NCBI GenBank assembly: GCA_963696665.1 | Contig: CAVOLE010000038.1 | Span: 3,940-67,939 of the forward strand | Origin: an uncultured Alphaproteobacteria bacterium | GTDB lineage: Bacteria; Pseudomonadota; Alphaproteobacteria; Rhizobiales; Beijerinckiaceae | Length of the DNA: 64,000 nucleotides | Direction of reading: 5' to 3' | Shown here: in pieces, positions 39,610 through 49,226 of the stretch | Numbering within the stretch: position 1 is the first letter of the stretch | How the letters are laid out: each line of letters starts with the position of its first letter | Program-made: the position numbers and the translations under genes | The notes under the pieces: model-generated | What the model was told of the DNA's origin: nothing | Databases searched by the model: none | The model's input: only the letters and a program-made list of their open reading frames with translations

Positions 39610-40758
39610 ATGACGATCTATCTGACCCACGGAGGCGGCGACGAAGCCAAAGTCGACGAGATCCAACGCAAGCTCAAGCCGACAATCCCGGACCTCAAGC
39701 GCGTTTCAAGCGTTGAAGACATCGACCGGCACGGTTCGGATCGTTCGATCATCCTCATGGTCGCGACGCCGCCTACGGATGCAAATGTCGACGATCTGAT
39801 CGACGTCGTCAGGCGCCATTCGCCAAACCTGTTCTTCATCATCGTTGGCGGCGACATTTCCGCTCGCGACTATAAAAGGCTCATCCAATCCGGAAACGCC
39901 GACTGGGTCGCTGAGATCGGGGTGCCGCACGAAGTTCTCGATATTGTCGGGCGGGTGAACGCGCCGACGAGACACGACGGCGGCGCAGAATCCCCGATCG
40001 TGGTCTCGTTCACGCCGAGCGCAGGGGGAGTCGGCAATTCGACCCTCGCGATCGAGACCGCCGTCCACCTGGTCAAGGACAAATCGATGAGAGGCGCGAA
40101 GGTCGCGCTTGTCGATCTCGACTTCCAGTCGAGCCATGTGTGCGACTACCTCGACATCGCGCCCAAGTTTCAGTTTGAAGAGATCGTCGCCGCCCCGGAG
40201 CGTCTCGACGACCAGTTGCTAAGCGCCTTCATCAGCCATCATTCGAGCGGGCTGGACGTCCTGGCGGCAAGTCGAAGCCGGTTTCACGCCCGCAACCTCA
40301 ATGTCGACGCCTTGTCCGCCTTGTTCGATCGCCTGGCGCAGCGATACGCCACCATCGTCATCGATCTGCCGCTCTCCGCTCATTCATGGACGCTTCCTCT
40401 GCTTGGGGCGTCGAAGGGGATTCTGGTCACCGGCCTCAACACCATTCCGGGTTTACGGCAAATCGAGGAAACGGTTCGCGCTCTGCGCGAGGAAGCCACG
40501 ATCACCGCGGAAGTGCGAGCGGTGGTCAACCGATGCGAATTTGGCCTTATGGGCAAGGTCGCCCGTGCCGATCATGTGGCGCGGATTCTCGGCGAGGAGA
40601 AGCGCTTCTTCGTCAGAAGCGCCCGCGTCGCGGTCGAGTGCGTGAACGTCGGAACGCCCATCGCGCTCGCCTATCCGTCCGACAAGTCGGTGAAGGATAT
40701 CGCTGCGATCTCGGCGTTTTGCGCCGCGCTGAAATCCCCTCCGCCTCGACGGCTTTAA
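39610..40758 (+). CDS. cpaE: CpaE/TadZ-like pilus localization protein (degenerate receiver plus MinD-like domain)
   Basis: SFTPSAGGVGNSTLA, ALVDLDFQ, RLDDQLL, SGLDVLA, VIDLP. Confidence 0.85.
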   Translation: MTIYLTHGGGDEAKVDEIQRKLKPTIPDLKRVSSVEDIDRHGSDRSIILMVATPPTDANVDDLIDVVRRHSPNLFFIIVGGDISARDYKRLIQSGNADWVAEIGVPHEVLDIVGRVNAPTRHDGGAESPIVVSFTPSAGGVGNSTLAIETAVHLVKDKSMRGAKVALVDLDFQSSHVCDYLDIAPKFQFEEIVAAPERLDDQLLSAFISHHSSGLDVLAASRSRFHARNLNVDALSALFDRLAQRYATIVIDLPLSAHSWTLPLLGASKGILVTGLNTIPGLRQIEETVRALREEATITAEVRAVVNRCEFGLMGKVARADHVARILGEEKRFFVRSARVAVECVNVGTPIALAYPSDKSVKDIAAISAFCAALKSPPPRRL

Positions 40759-40779
40759 TTCCACGATCGGACCAACGTC

Positions 40780-42166
40780 ATGGGATTCCTGAGCAGCAAG
40801 AGCGTAGGCAAGAGCGAGCCGGCCGTCGCGGATAAGAATCCTGAAACGCCGCCGGCGGGGCCGGATAACGTCTATGCGGATCTGATTGCGCGCCGGCCGG
40901 GTCTGCTCGACGAGAAGCTTAAGCTGCACGAGCGGATCATCGACGAGTTCAATTTGACGGCCCTGGAAAAGATGCCGCCGGACGAACTGGCGAAGCAGGT
41001 GCGAACCTATGTCGGCGACCACGTTCGCCGCGAGAGCCTGTCGCTCAATCAGAGAGAGCTCGATCTCTTCTCGAATGAGATCATTGCCGAAATGACAGGC
41101 TATGGTCCGCTCGAGCCGCTGCTCAAGGACCCGACGGTCACCGACATCCTCATCAACACGCACAGGCGCTGCTTCATCGAGCGCTTTGGCCAATTGCAGG
41201 AGACCAAGGTCCATTTCAAGGACGAAGCGCATCTTTTGCGCATCATCAACCGGATCGTTTCGGCCATCGGACGGCGCGTCGACGAATTCGTCGCCCATGG
41301 TCGACGCGCGGCTGCGCGACGGCTCTCGCGTCAATGTCGCGGTCAGGCCGATCGCCGTCGACGGGCCGCTCGTTTCGATCCGAAAATTCGCTGAGCGCGT
41401 TCTCGACATGGACCGGCTTGTCGAGCTCGGGACGCTGCGGCCTGCGATGTCGGAGGTTCTTGCCGCCGCGGTCGCGGGCAAGGTTTCGACGCTGATCGCC
41501 GGCGGGACCGGGTCCGGCAAGACGACGATGCTCAACGCGCTTTCGAATTTCATTCCCGCCCGCGAGCGCCTGATCACCATCGAGGACGCCGCAGAATTGC
41601 AGCTGCAACAGCCGCATGTCGGCCGGCTGGAGACAAGGCCCCCCAATATCGAAGGGAAGGGTGAAGTCAGACAGCGCGACCTCGTTCGCAATGCGCTGAG
41701 AATGCGCCCCGACCGCATCATCATCGGCGAGTGCCGGGGCGAAGAGGCTTTCGACATGCTGCAGGCGATGAACACCGGTCACGAAGGCTCCATGACCACG
41801 ATCCACGCCAACTCCCCGCGCGACGCGCTGAAAAGGCTCGAGCAGATGGTCGGCATGGCGGGGACCCCCATGACGCTCAACGCCATCCGTAGCCAGATCG
41901 CTTCCGCGATCACCCTCGTCGTTCAAGTGCAGAGGTTGCCCGACGGCGCTCGCCGCTTAACCAGCGTGAGCGAGATTGCCGGCATGGAAGGCGACGTCGT
42001 CCAGATGCACGAGATCTTCAAGTTCGTGAAGGACTTCACCGACGCCAAGGGAACGCTGCACGGAAGCTTCAAGGCGACGGGGATTCGCCCGCGGTTTCTT
42101 TCTGACGTCAAGGCCTATGGCATCGACGTTTCGCCGAACTGCTTCGACCCGGCCAGAACATTGTGA
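40780..42166 (+). pseudogene. cpaF: Tad ATPase CpaF/TadA with a +1 frameshift (pseudogene or sequencing error)
   Basis: [20 protein letters not shown] in frame 1; PMVDARL, Walker [27 protein letters not shown] and AMNTGHEGS in the next frame. The extra T in GAATTCG at ~41286 breaks DESSPMVD. Confidence 0.9.
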
Positions 42167-43116
42167 GCGCCATGACCGAGCTTTGGATTGTTTGCGGGAT
42201 TGTGTTCGCAGGCGTCGCCCTGGCGGTCCACACGCTCTATCGGATGGTTGTTCGCGGGCAACGCGACCGCAGTGCGGTCAATCGACGGCTCGCAGCGAGA
42301 ACCGGCGGCGGACCCAAGTCTGTCGAGGTTCTCCGGCAAGAGCGGGGATTGGCCACACTTGATCATCCGAGCTTGGAGGGCGTGAACGAGTTCCTGGCGC
42401 AGACAGGTTTGAGGATCTCCGCGCTTGCGCTCGGACTGTGGACGGCGTCGCTTTGCGCCGGCGTTGCGTTGGCGCTGTCGCCGTTTCTCTCCCATGTCTG
42501 GATGGCGGCGGCGATCGGCTTGATAGTCAGCTTGGCTGCGGTCGCGCTCTACCTGTCGATCGTCCGCCAGCGACGGATCGACAGCTTCACGGCGCAGCTG
42601 CCGGACGCGCTCAACATCATCGTGCGCAGCTTGCGCATCGGCCACCCGTTCGTGAGCGCGATTGGGCTGGCGGCGAAGGAAATGCGCGATCCCGTCGGAG
42701 CAGAGCTCGCCATAACCGCTGAGGAAATCATGTTCGGTCAGGACGTGACGACAGCCGTCGTCAACCTGCACCGTCGCGTCGGCCAGGACGATTTGCTGTT
42801 CCTGGTCACCGCCGTCAGCGTGCAAAGCCAGACCGGCGGCAATCTTGCGGAAGTGCTGGCCCGGCTCGCGACCCTTATGCGCCAGCGCAGCACGCTTCAG
42901 CTCAAGGTCAAGGCGCTGAGCGCCGAAGGGCGTTTGTCGGCATGGTTTCTCTCCGCCATGCCATTCATCCTTTACGGCGCCATCCGATTGCTTTCGAAGG
43001 ACTACTTTGGCGAGTTGGCGGGCAGTCCCGCCCTTGTCCCGGCGCTGGTCTACGGCGGGGTGTCGTTGGTCGTCGCGAACTTCATCATCTACCGAATGGT
43101 CAATTTCAGGATTTAG
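42163..43116 (+). CDS. tadB: TadB inner-membrane platform protein
   Basis: [45 protein letters not shown]. Confidence 0.95.
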   Translation: MSAMTELWIVCGIVFAGVALAVHTLYRMVVRGQRDRSAVNRRLAARTGGGPKSVEVLRQERGLATLDHPSLEGVNEFLAQTGLRISALALGLWTASLCAGVALALSPFLSHVWMAAAIGLIVSLAAVALYLSIVRQRRIDSFTAQLPDALNIIVRSLRIGHPFVSAIGLAAKEMRDPVGAELAITAEEIMFGQDVTTAVVNLHRRVGQDDLLFLVTAVSVQSQTGGNLAEVLARLATLMRQRSTLQLKVKALSAEGRLSAWFLSAMPFILYGAIRLLSKDYFGELAGSPALVPALVYGGVSLVVANFIIYRMVNFRI

Positions 43117-43124
43117 GCCGCGCG

Positions 43125-44027
43125 ATGGATATTGGGCTCCTTCTGTTTGTTTCGGCCGCATTCGCCTCAGTCGCCGGAATCACCTTCGCGGTCGGTCACC
43201 TGATCACGAGCCGCAACCGCTTGCAGCGGCGGCTGCCGGCCGCGCTGGCGCTGACTTCAGGCGACAATGTGGGCGACCTGGTGGGGGAGGCGTTCACAGA
43301 CAATCGATTCGGTCTTGGTCAGAAACTCGGCAAAGAGCTGAGACCGAAATTGGTTCGCGCAGGCTATTTCAGCCCACGCGCCGTCCGCTACTACGTCCTT
43401 GCGCGCGTCTGCGCCCTCATTGCCGCGCCGCTCATGGTCTTGGCTTGCAGCGCGCTGCTTATGCGGGATCTTTCAACTCTCAACTTTGTGCTCGCCGCGG
43501 CGGTCTCTGTCGGGATCGGCGTCCTTGGGCCGGACGCCTATCTCTCTCGCCGTCAGGCTTCGCAACTCGCCGAGTATCGTCTGAATTTCCCGGATCTTTT
43601 GGACCTGTTGACGGTCTGCGTCACCGCGGGTCTCACGGTGGAGGCGTCCTTCGACAGAATTCGGGACCGGCTCGGCAAGCGCAGCCGAGCCCTTGGCCAC
43701 AATATCGAGCTGATGGGCGCCGAAATGCGCGCGGGTCGAAGCTCGGTTGACGCCTTGGGCGCCTTCGCGGACCGGCTGGGGCTGGACGAGGCGGCGTCCT
43801 TCGTCGCTGTGTTGCGGCATTCGGTCGAGCTCGGCGGCGACGTCGCTACGACGCTCAGGGAATTCAGCGAAGACATGCGCTCCAAGCGAATGTTGCTGGC
43901 CGAAAAAAAGGCGAACGAGTTGCCGGTCAAAATGGTCGTGCCATTGGCGCTTGGCATATTCCCGGTCATCTTGATGATTTGTCTGCTCCCTGTCATTCTC
44001 AAACTCATCCGACTTATCGCTCCTTGA
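43125..44027 (+). CDS. tadC: TadC inner-membrane platform protein
   Basis: FPDLLDLLTVCVTAGL, EKKANELPVKMVVPLALGIFP. Confidence 0.95.
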   Translation: MDIGLLLFVSAAFASVAGITFAVGHLITSRNRLQRRLPAALALTSGDNVGDLVGEAFTDNRFGLGQKLGKELRPKLVRAGYFSPRAVRYYVLARVCALIAAPLMVLACSALLMRDLSTLNFVLAAAVSVGIGVLGPDAYLSRRQASQLAEYRLNFPDLLDLLTVCVTAGLTVEASFDRIRDRLGKRSRALGHNIELMGAEMRAGRSSVDALGAFADRLGLDEAASFVAVLRHSVELGGDVATTLREFSEDMRSKRMLLAEKKANELPVKMVVPLALGIFPVILMICLLPVILKLIRLIAP

Positions 44028-44243
44028 GCCAAGACAACAGACAGGAGGATGATGATAGGGTCGCAATACTGGTGGTTCTGATCGGAACACTTTTCGGCTG
44101 GGGCCGCCAAATCGCGCCGCTGCCGGCGCCGCGCGAGAGGGCACGGAGGGTGCTCGATCTGTCGCGCTCGATTATCGTCGCCTGAGGCGAGCGGTCTCGC
44201 CACAGCCTTCGATGAGATTTCCTACCGCCTCGCTGCTGGCGCA

Positions 44244-44272
44244 TTGGCGCCGTGCTTTTCACCCGACTATAA
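44244..44272 (+). promoter_or_regulatory. Candidate internal promoter for the tadD-like gene
   Basis: TTGGCG-N17-CTATAA, followed by a GC hairpin GAGCCCGG-TCG-CCGGGCTC at 44277-44295. Confidence 0.45.
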
Positions 44273-44331
44273 ATTTGAGCCCGGTCGCCGGGCTCTAATG
44301 GACGGAAATCAGGGAGAGACGCATCGCCAGA

Positions 44332-44916
44332 ATGCAGGGAAAAAAGAGTGCAGCTTTTGTTGGCGTATGCGTTGAGACCGTGGCCCGCTTGATTCTCGTT
44401 ATGGCGTTGGCGTCGTTGGCCGCCGGGTGCAACCAGCCCGGGCTGACGCCGTCGCCGGTCCCCAATCCGGTCACCGGGCAAAATCCGGGCGACGTCAAAT
44501 ATTATCCGTCGGATCAGCCGGTGAGGCTGGGCATCCAGCGGTTTTACGGAGGCAACTTCGGGCTCGCGCAGCAATATTTTCAGGATGCAGTCGAAAAGTC
44601 ACCAAATGACGTGACGGCGTGGATCGGATTGGCGGCGAGCTACGATCGATTGGGGCGGTTCGATCTCGCGGACCGGGCCTACGCCGCCGCGACGAAACTC
44701 GAGGGCGAGACGCCAAAACTCCTCAACAACGAGGGCTATTCGTACATGCTGCGCGGCGACCTCAAAGCCGCCCGGGCTAAATTTCAACAGGCGTTGAAAC
44801 TCGACCCCAACAATGAGACGACGCTGAACAATATAAAACTCTTGAACTCGAGCCAGGCTTTCATCGAGCGATCCGCGAATGGAGAGCCGTGCGGGAGCGT
44901 AGACTGCGGTCAGTGA
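44332..44916 (+). CDS. tadD: TPR lipoprotein, TadD-like
   Basis: Lipobox LAAGC; TPR repeats AWIGLAASYDRLGRFDLADRAY and LLNNEGYSYMLRGD; start may be at 44401. Confidence 0.82.
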   Translation: MQGKKSAAFVGVCVETVARLILVMALASLAAGCNQPGLTPSPVPNPVTGQNPGDVKYYPSDQPVRLGIQRFYGGNFGLAQQYFQDAVEKSPNDVTAWIGLAASYDRLGRFDLADRAYAAATKLEGETPKLLNNEGYSYMLRGDLKAARAKFQQALKLDPNNETTLNNIKLLNSSQAFIERSANGEPCGSVDCGQ

Positions 44917-45126
44917 GGCGCGGCGGTTCGGCGATTGCTCGGTCGCGCGGATGGCCCCTTCCGAGGCGACGCGACCACATCGCCGGGTTCGACGGGATGC
45001 CAACGCAACCAAAACGCGCCCTTGCTCCGCTCCTTGATCCCCGGCGCAACGGAACCAAACGCGGCCATCCACGTTCAGTCGTTCGACTGGCGGACATGCG
45101 TGTCCGGCCGCTGGAGGACCACCGAT

Positions 45127-45303
45127 ATGCCCGGAAACCTTATCTATTATGCGCTTGTCCTGATCGTGATCGCCTTGATCGCGGCATTTTTGGGATTCGG
45201 CGGCGTGGCCGGCACCGCCATGAGCGGCGCACATCTCCTGATTTGGCTCGCGGTTATCATCGTGATCGTCGGGGTGGTGTTCGCTCTCATCCGTCGAGCC
45301 TAG
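45127..45303 (+). CDS. DUF1328 (UPF0391) small membrane protein
   Basis: YALVLIVIALIAAFLGFGGVAGTA signature; GGAGGA RBS. Confidence 0.88.
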   Translation: MPGNLIYYALVLIVIALIAAFLGFGGVAGTAMSGAHLLIWLAVIIVIVGVVFALIRRA

Positions 45304-45357
45304 CGCGGCGAGCGTGGGGGACCTGGCGCGCCTGGATCTCGGCGGGCGCGCCTGTCC

Positions 45358-45885
45358 TTACTGCGGCATGCCCATTGGGATGCGTCCCGGAGCGGCGCCC
45401 GGCGTCAGGGCTTCTTCCTTAGACGGAATTTCCTCGAAGTGCTCGCACCCGCTCGCTCCGCAATGGAACGCCGAATAAGCTCCCAAAGATGGACGATCGT
45501 AAATGACGACGCGATCGTTGACGCTTTGCCTGACGACCCTGACGTCCATGCTTCCCATCAGGTTTCCGTGTTCGTCGAGGAAATCGATGTTGGTCCGCCC
45601 GAGACGTTGCGGGATGAGTACTGCGCTTTTATCCGTGCGCAGGACCAGATCGACGACGTCTGGATCGGTGATGGCCACCTTGCCGAACGGACGCTCGCCG
45701 TGGATCGTCGTTGAGAAGCCCTGGGTGAGCACGATCGTTTGTTTCGTGGATCGCTCGACCGTGAGCGGCGTGACTTGATCCGCGAAGCCATTGGGCGCCG
45801 CCGAGAAGAACGCGGCAACAAGGATCGCAGACGCGATCGAGCGCGCGACTCCTGCCCTGAAACGGCCTTCCCGCTGCTCAACCAT
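45358..45885 (-). CDS. Stand-alone pilus-formation N-terminal (secretin N-domain-like) protein
   Basis: Signal peptide, KVAITDPDVVDLV..LGRTNIDFLD, YSAFHCGASGC; resembles the CpaC N-domain. Confidence 0.8.
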   Translation of the reverse strand: MVEQREGRFRAGVARSIASAILVAAFFSAAPNGFADQVTPLTVERSTKQTIVLTQGFSTTIHGERPFGKVAITDPDVVDLVLRTDKSAVLIPQRLGRTNIDFLDEHGNLMGSMDVRVVRQSVNDRVVIYDRPSLGAYSAFHCGASGCEHFEEIPSKEEALTPGAAPGRIPMGMPQ

Positions 45886-46009
45886 ATCCAACCGCCCCGC
45901 CGAGTCGCGCCCGTGCGCACTGAGGTTCAATCATTGTGACACGATCCCGATCGGCAAACCAGTGATCGCCTTGGCCGTAGGAGCCAACACGCTCGCTAGG
46001 GGAAAGATG

Positions 46010-46285
46010 TCAATTCATCCCGAGCGCGGCCAGATAAAGATCGAGCACGGTCTCCTCTTCGAGCCGGCTGTCGCGGTCCTGCTTGCGAATGAACACGATC
46101 TTTCGCATGATTTTCACGTCGAAGCCGTTCGCCTTGGCCTCGCCGTAGACATCCTTGATGTCGCTGGTGAGCGCCTTCTTCTCCTCTTCAAGCCGCTCGA
46201 TCCGCTCAATGAACGCGCGCAGATGACCGGCGTTGACTTCGCTCGTCCCAATCTCGTCCGTCTTCGTCGCTTTCGCCATATTCAT
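46010..46285 (-). CDS. gapR: DUF2312 nucleoid-associated protein GapR
   Basis: [53 protein letters not shown]. Confidence 0.92.
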   Translation of the reverse strand: MNMAKATKTDEIGTSEVNAGHLRAFIERIERLEEEKKALTSDIKDVYGEAKANGFDVKIMRKIVFIRKQDRDSRLEEETVLDLYLAALGMN

Positions 46286-46345
46286 TCCGGCGCCCTCGCT
46301 GCGTTTTCATGGAGCGCGACGGATCGCGCCGAACGTCTGTTCACG

Positions 46346-47179
46346 TCAAGTCGTCGCGGACGGTTTTCCCCGGCCATGAGCGGACCCGCGCGTCCGGCTG
46401 CCAAAATCCGCCGGCGCGCGTGACCGGCGATCGGTGAGGGCGGGACGGAGAATGCGGGCGATCCGTTCGGCCCACGCCACGGCATGATTCTTTTCCGTGA
46501 TCAGATCTTGCCTGATCTCGATCAACGCATTGGCCAATCCTCGCGATGTCGCGATGGCGTCGATCGTGTCGCCCGCCAGAGCGCCGTCGTAGGGTTCGTT
46601 GTCGCCGACGTCATCGGCGAAAAGATCTTCTTCCGCGAGCAGCCCCTGGACCAGCCGTTTCAGCATCCGGTCGTCGCGATCCCACAAGACCCCGACTTTC
46701 CACGGGCGGAGGAATCCGCGCCAGACGGCCGTGAACGAATGGATCGAGATCACGGCTGGAGGCTCGCCGGTCGCAATCATCGCATCGACCGTCGCCGCTA
46801 TCTCTTGTCGATAAGGCTCCCAGAATTGCGCGCTGCGGCGGGAGATCTCGGCGACGTCGATGTAGGCGTTGCCGGGCACGATCGCGCCGTCGGAATATCG
46901 CATCACCAGCGTCGGATCGTCCAAGCCGCGATTCGGATCGATGACAAGGCGCGAATAGGTCGACAGCACAGCGGGCGCGCCGAGCATTTCCGCAAGAGCG
47001 CGGGTCACGTCGGCGGCGCCGATGTCATAGGCGATGTGACGATCGAGCGCTTCACGCCTGAGGCCCAGCGTCCCATAATCAGGGGGAATGGCGTTGGAGG
47101 CGTGATCGCAGACGATGATCGCGCCAGCGTCAAGGGCGCCTGGAATCGCCTCGAAGGCGGCATAAGCAGTCTCAGCCAT
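46346..47179 (-). CDS. N-formylglutamate amidohydrolase family protein
   Basis: IIVCDHASNAIP, RHIAYDIGA, SRLVIDPNR, ISIHSFT, VGDNEPYDG, IEIRQDLI. Confidence 0.92.
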   Translation of the reverse strand: MAETAYAAFEAIPGALDAGAIIVCDHASNAIPPDYGTLGLRREALDRHIAYDIGAADVTRALAEMLGAPAVLSTYSRLVIDPNRGLDDPTLVMRYSDGAIVPGNAYIDVAEISRRSAQFWEPYRQEIAATVDAMIATGEPPAVISIHSFTAVWRGFLRPWKVGVLWDRDDRMLKRLVQGLLAEEDLFADDVGDNEPYDGALAGDTIDAIATSRGLANALIEIRQDLITEKNHAVAWAERIARILRPALTDRRSRAPADFGSRTRGSAHGRGKPSATT

Positions 47180-47229
47180 CCGGGAATCGACCTCAGCCGC
47201 CGCCCTCATTTGTGCGCGATCATCCACCC

Positions 47230-48003
47230 TTAGGCGGCGATCGTCGCGCCGCCATCGATGACGATGGTCTGCCCGGTCATGAACGAAGCCGCTTTCGAGG
47301 CGAGATAGACGGCCGCGCCCGCGATCTCATCCGTCTCGCCAATGCGTCGGAGCGGCGTTCTCGAGGTGACTGCTTTCAATGTCTCTGGATTCTCCCACAA
47401 GGTGCGGGCGAAGTCCGTTCTGATCAAGCCAGGCGCGATGCAATTGACGCGGACATTGTGCTTTCCCCACTCGACCGCAAGATTGCGCGCAAGCTGAATG
47501 TCGGCGGCTTTGGAGACATTGTAGGCGCCGATCACGGGCGAACCTTTAAGTCCGCCGATCGACGAGATGATGATGATGGCGCCATCCTTGCGCTCAAGCA
47601 TGCCTCGCGCGGCCATCTGGATCAACCAATGGTTGGCGAGGACATTGTTGTCGAGGATCTTGCGGAACTGCTCGTCCGAGATGCCGGCCATCGGGCCGTA
47701 GTATGGGTTCGACGCGGCGTTGCACACCAGAATGTCGATCCGGCCGAAGGCGCTCATCGTCTCATCCACCAGGTGTCGAAGATCCTCCTTGGACGAAATG
47801 TTGGCGGGAATCGACTTCGCCGCCTCCCGCCCGAGCGCGCGATTGATGGCGGCGGCGGTCTCAGCGCAGGCCTCTGCCTTGCGCGATGAGATGATGACCG
47901 TCGCGCCGTGTTCGGCCAGTCGTTCGGCGATGGCCCGGCCGATGCCGCGCGACGAGCCGGTGACGATGGCGACGCGCCCAGTCAGGTCGAACAGGCTGCT
48001 CAA
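47230..48003 (-). CDS. SDR-family oxidoreductase
   Basis: TGSSRGIG, YNVSK catalytic motif, NCIAPG, GQTIVIDGG; TTG start after GGAGG. Confidence 0.93.
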   Translation of the reverse strand: MSSLFDLTGRVAIVTGSSRGIGRAIAERLAEHGATVIISSRKAEACAETAAAINRALGREAAKSIPANISSKEDLRHLVDETMSAFGRIDILVCNAASNPYYGPMAGISDEQFRKILDNNVLANHWLIQMAARGMLERKDGAIIIISSIGGLKGSPVIGAYNVSKAADIQLARNLAVEWGKHNVRVNCIAPGLIRTDFARTLWENPETLKAVTSRTPLRRIGETDEIAGAAVYLASKAASFMTGQTIVIDGGATIAA

Positions 48004-48328
48004 GATTTCCTCCCAATGGAGAGCGCGCTGCCTCAACGATTGCACCGTTCGCCGCGCAAACGCTAGAGGCGAGGGGGTTGATCGCAGCGAGGCGTCAACA
48101 AAAGCCAACGAGGAATCAACGTTCGTCTGGGTCCTTCCATCGCATGTCCCCGAAGGCTTGTCTGTCGTCCCGTTTTACGAGGCGGCAGGTCGGGCTCGTG
48201 TTTGGCTAAAAAATTGGGAAAGCGCAGTTTGGTCAAATACCAACGCATAGCGGATAAAGATCCACCCCGCTTGACAGGAGTCGCCGGTCGGACCGAAGGT
48301 CGCCGCAAACGAATTGGGGAGGATCGCC

Positions 48329-48730
48329 ATGTTGACGCGACGAGGGTTCGCCGGTTGCGCGTTATGCCTGGTCACAGGGTTCGTGGCGACCGGCGCCGAA
48401 GCGCAGAACGGGCCGAGCGGGTTGAAGCGCACCATCATCACGCGTATGGACACGCCAATGGAGGGCTACGAGGCTGTCAACGTGCGCGTCGATCTCGACG
48501 CGGGAGCGTTGATCGCTCGTCACACCCATCCGGGCATTGAATTGAGCTATGTCGTCGACGGCGGATTGGAGTTGAGCGTCGACGGCCAAGGCACGCGGAC
48601 CTTCAAGGCGGGAGATGGATTCCAGGTTCCCCCGCGGACCCCGCATGGCGGCAAGAACGGTGACAAGCCGACGACTTTCGCCATCACCTACATCGTCGAA
48701 AAGGGCAAACCCCTCGCGTCGCCCGCTTAA
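48329..48730 (+). CDS. Exported cupin-domain protein
   Basis: TRRGF Tat-like leader, HTHPGIE and PRTPHGG cupin motifs; GGAGG RBS. Confidence 0.9.
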   Translation: MLTRRGFAGCALCLVTGFVATGAEAQNGPSGLKRTIITRMDTPMEGYEAVNVRVDLDAGALIARHTHPGIELSYVVDGGLELSVDGQGTRTFKAGDGFQVPPRTPHGGKNGDKPTTFAITYIVEKGKPLASPA

Positions 48731-48833
48731 AGTCGGGACGACTTGAACCCGAAACCATCCTCCGGCGTCCCGGTCGGCGAACGGCGACGAGCGGGCGCGA
48801 AGCAAGATTCCACTCGATGCGGGGTGTTCTGCC

Positions 48834-49052
48834 ATGATCAGAAAATCGTCTTTGGTTATCGCGCTGGCGCTGTTCGCAACCATTCCAGCATCAGCACAAG
48901 ACAGTAAGCCCACTCAGAGCGCTCAATCAAAAGACGCGTGCCGGGCGAAGTGCGAAGCCCAGTTCAATCAGGACAAAGAGTGCCAGCCAGGCGTGTCCGC
49001 AATGCACAGTCCTTGCGAACTCTACAATCAGTGCTTGAGCGACTGCGATTAA
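48834..49052 (+). CDS. Small secreted six-cysteine protein
   Basis: Signal peptide MIRKSSLVIALALFATIPASA-Q; mature part CxxxC-x9-C-x10-C-x5-CxxxC. Confidence 0.7.
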   Translation: MIRKSSLVIALALFATIPASAQDSKPTQSAQSKDACRAKCEAQFNQDKECQPGVSAMHSPCELYNQCLSDCD

Positions 49053-49226
49053 GGCTCGCCCGCGCTACGTTCGCAAATCCGGTCGGCCAATCCGTGGGAA
49101 GGAGGAGAGCGCCGAAGCGTTTCGGGCTTGCAGGATCGTCCATTTTCCGCAAGTTTCAGCGGGAAGCGGCGGCAGACGAATTGCCCGCCGGACCAATCAG
49201 ACACGCAAGGTCAGCGGGAGGAATGT

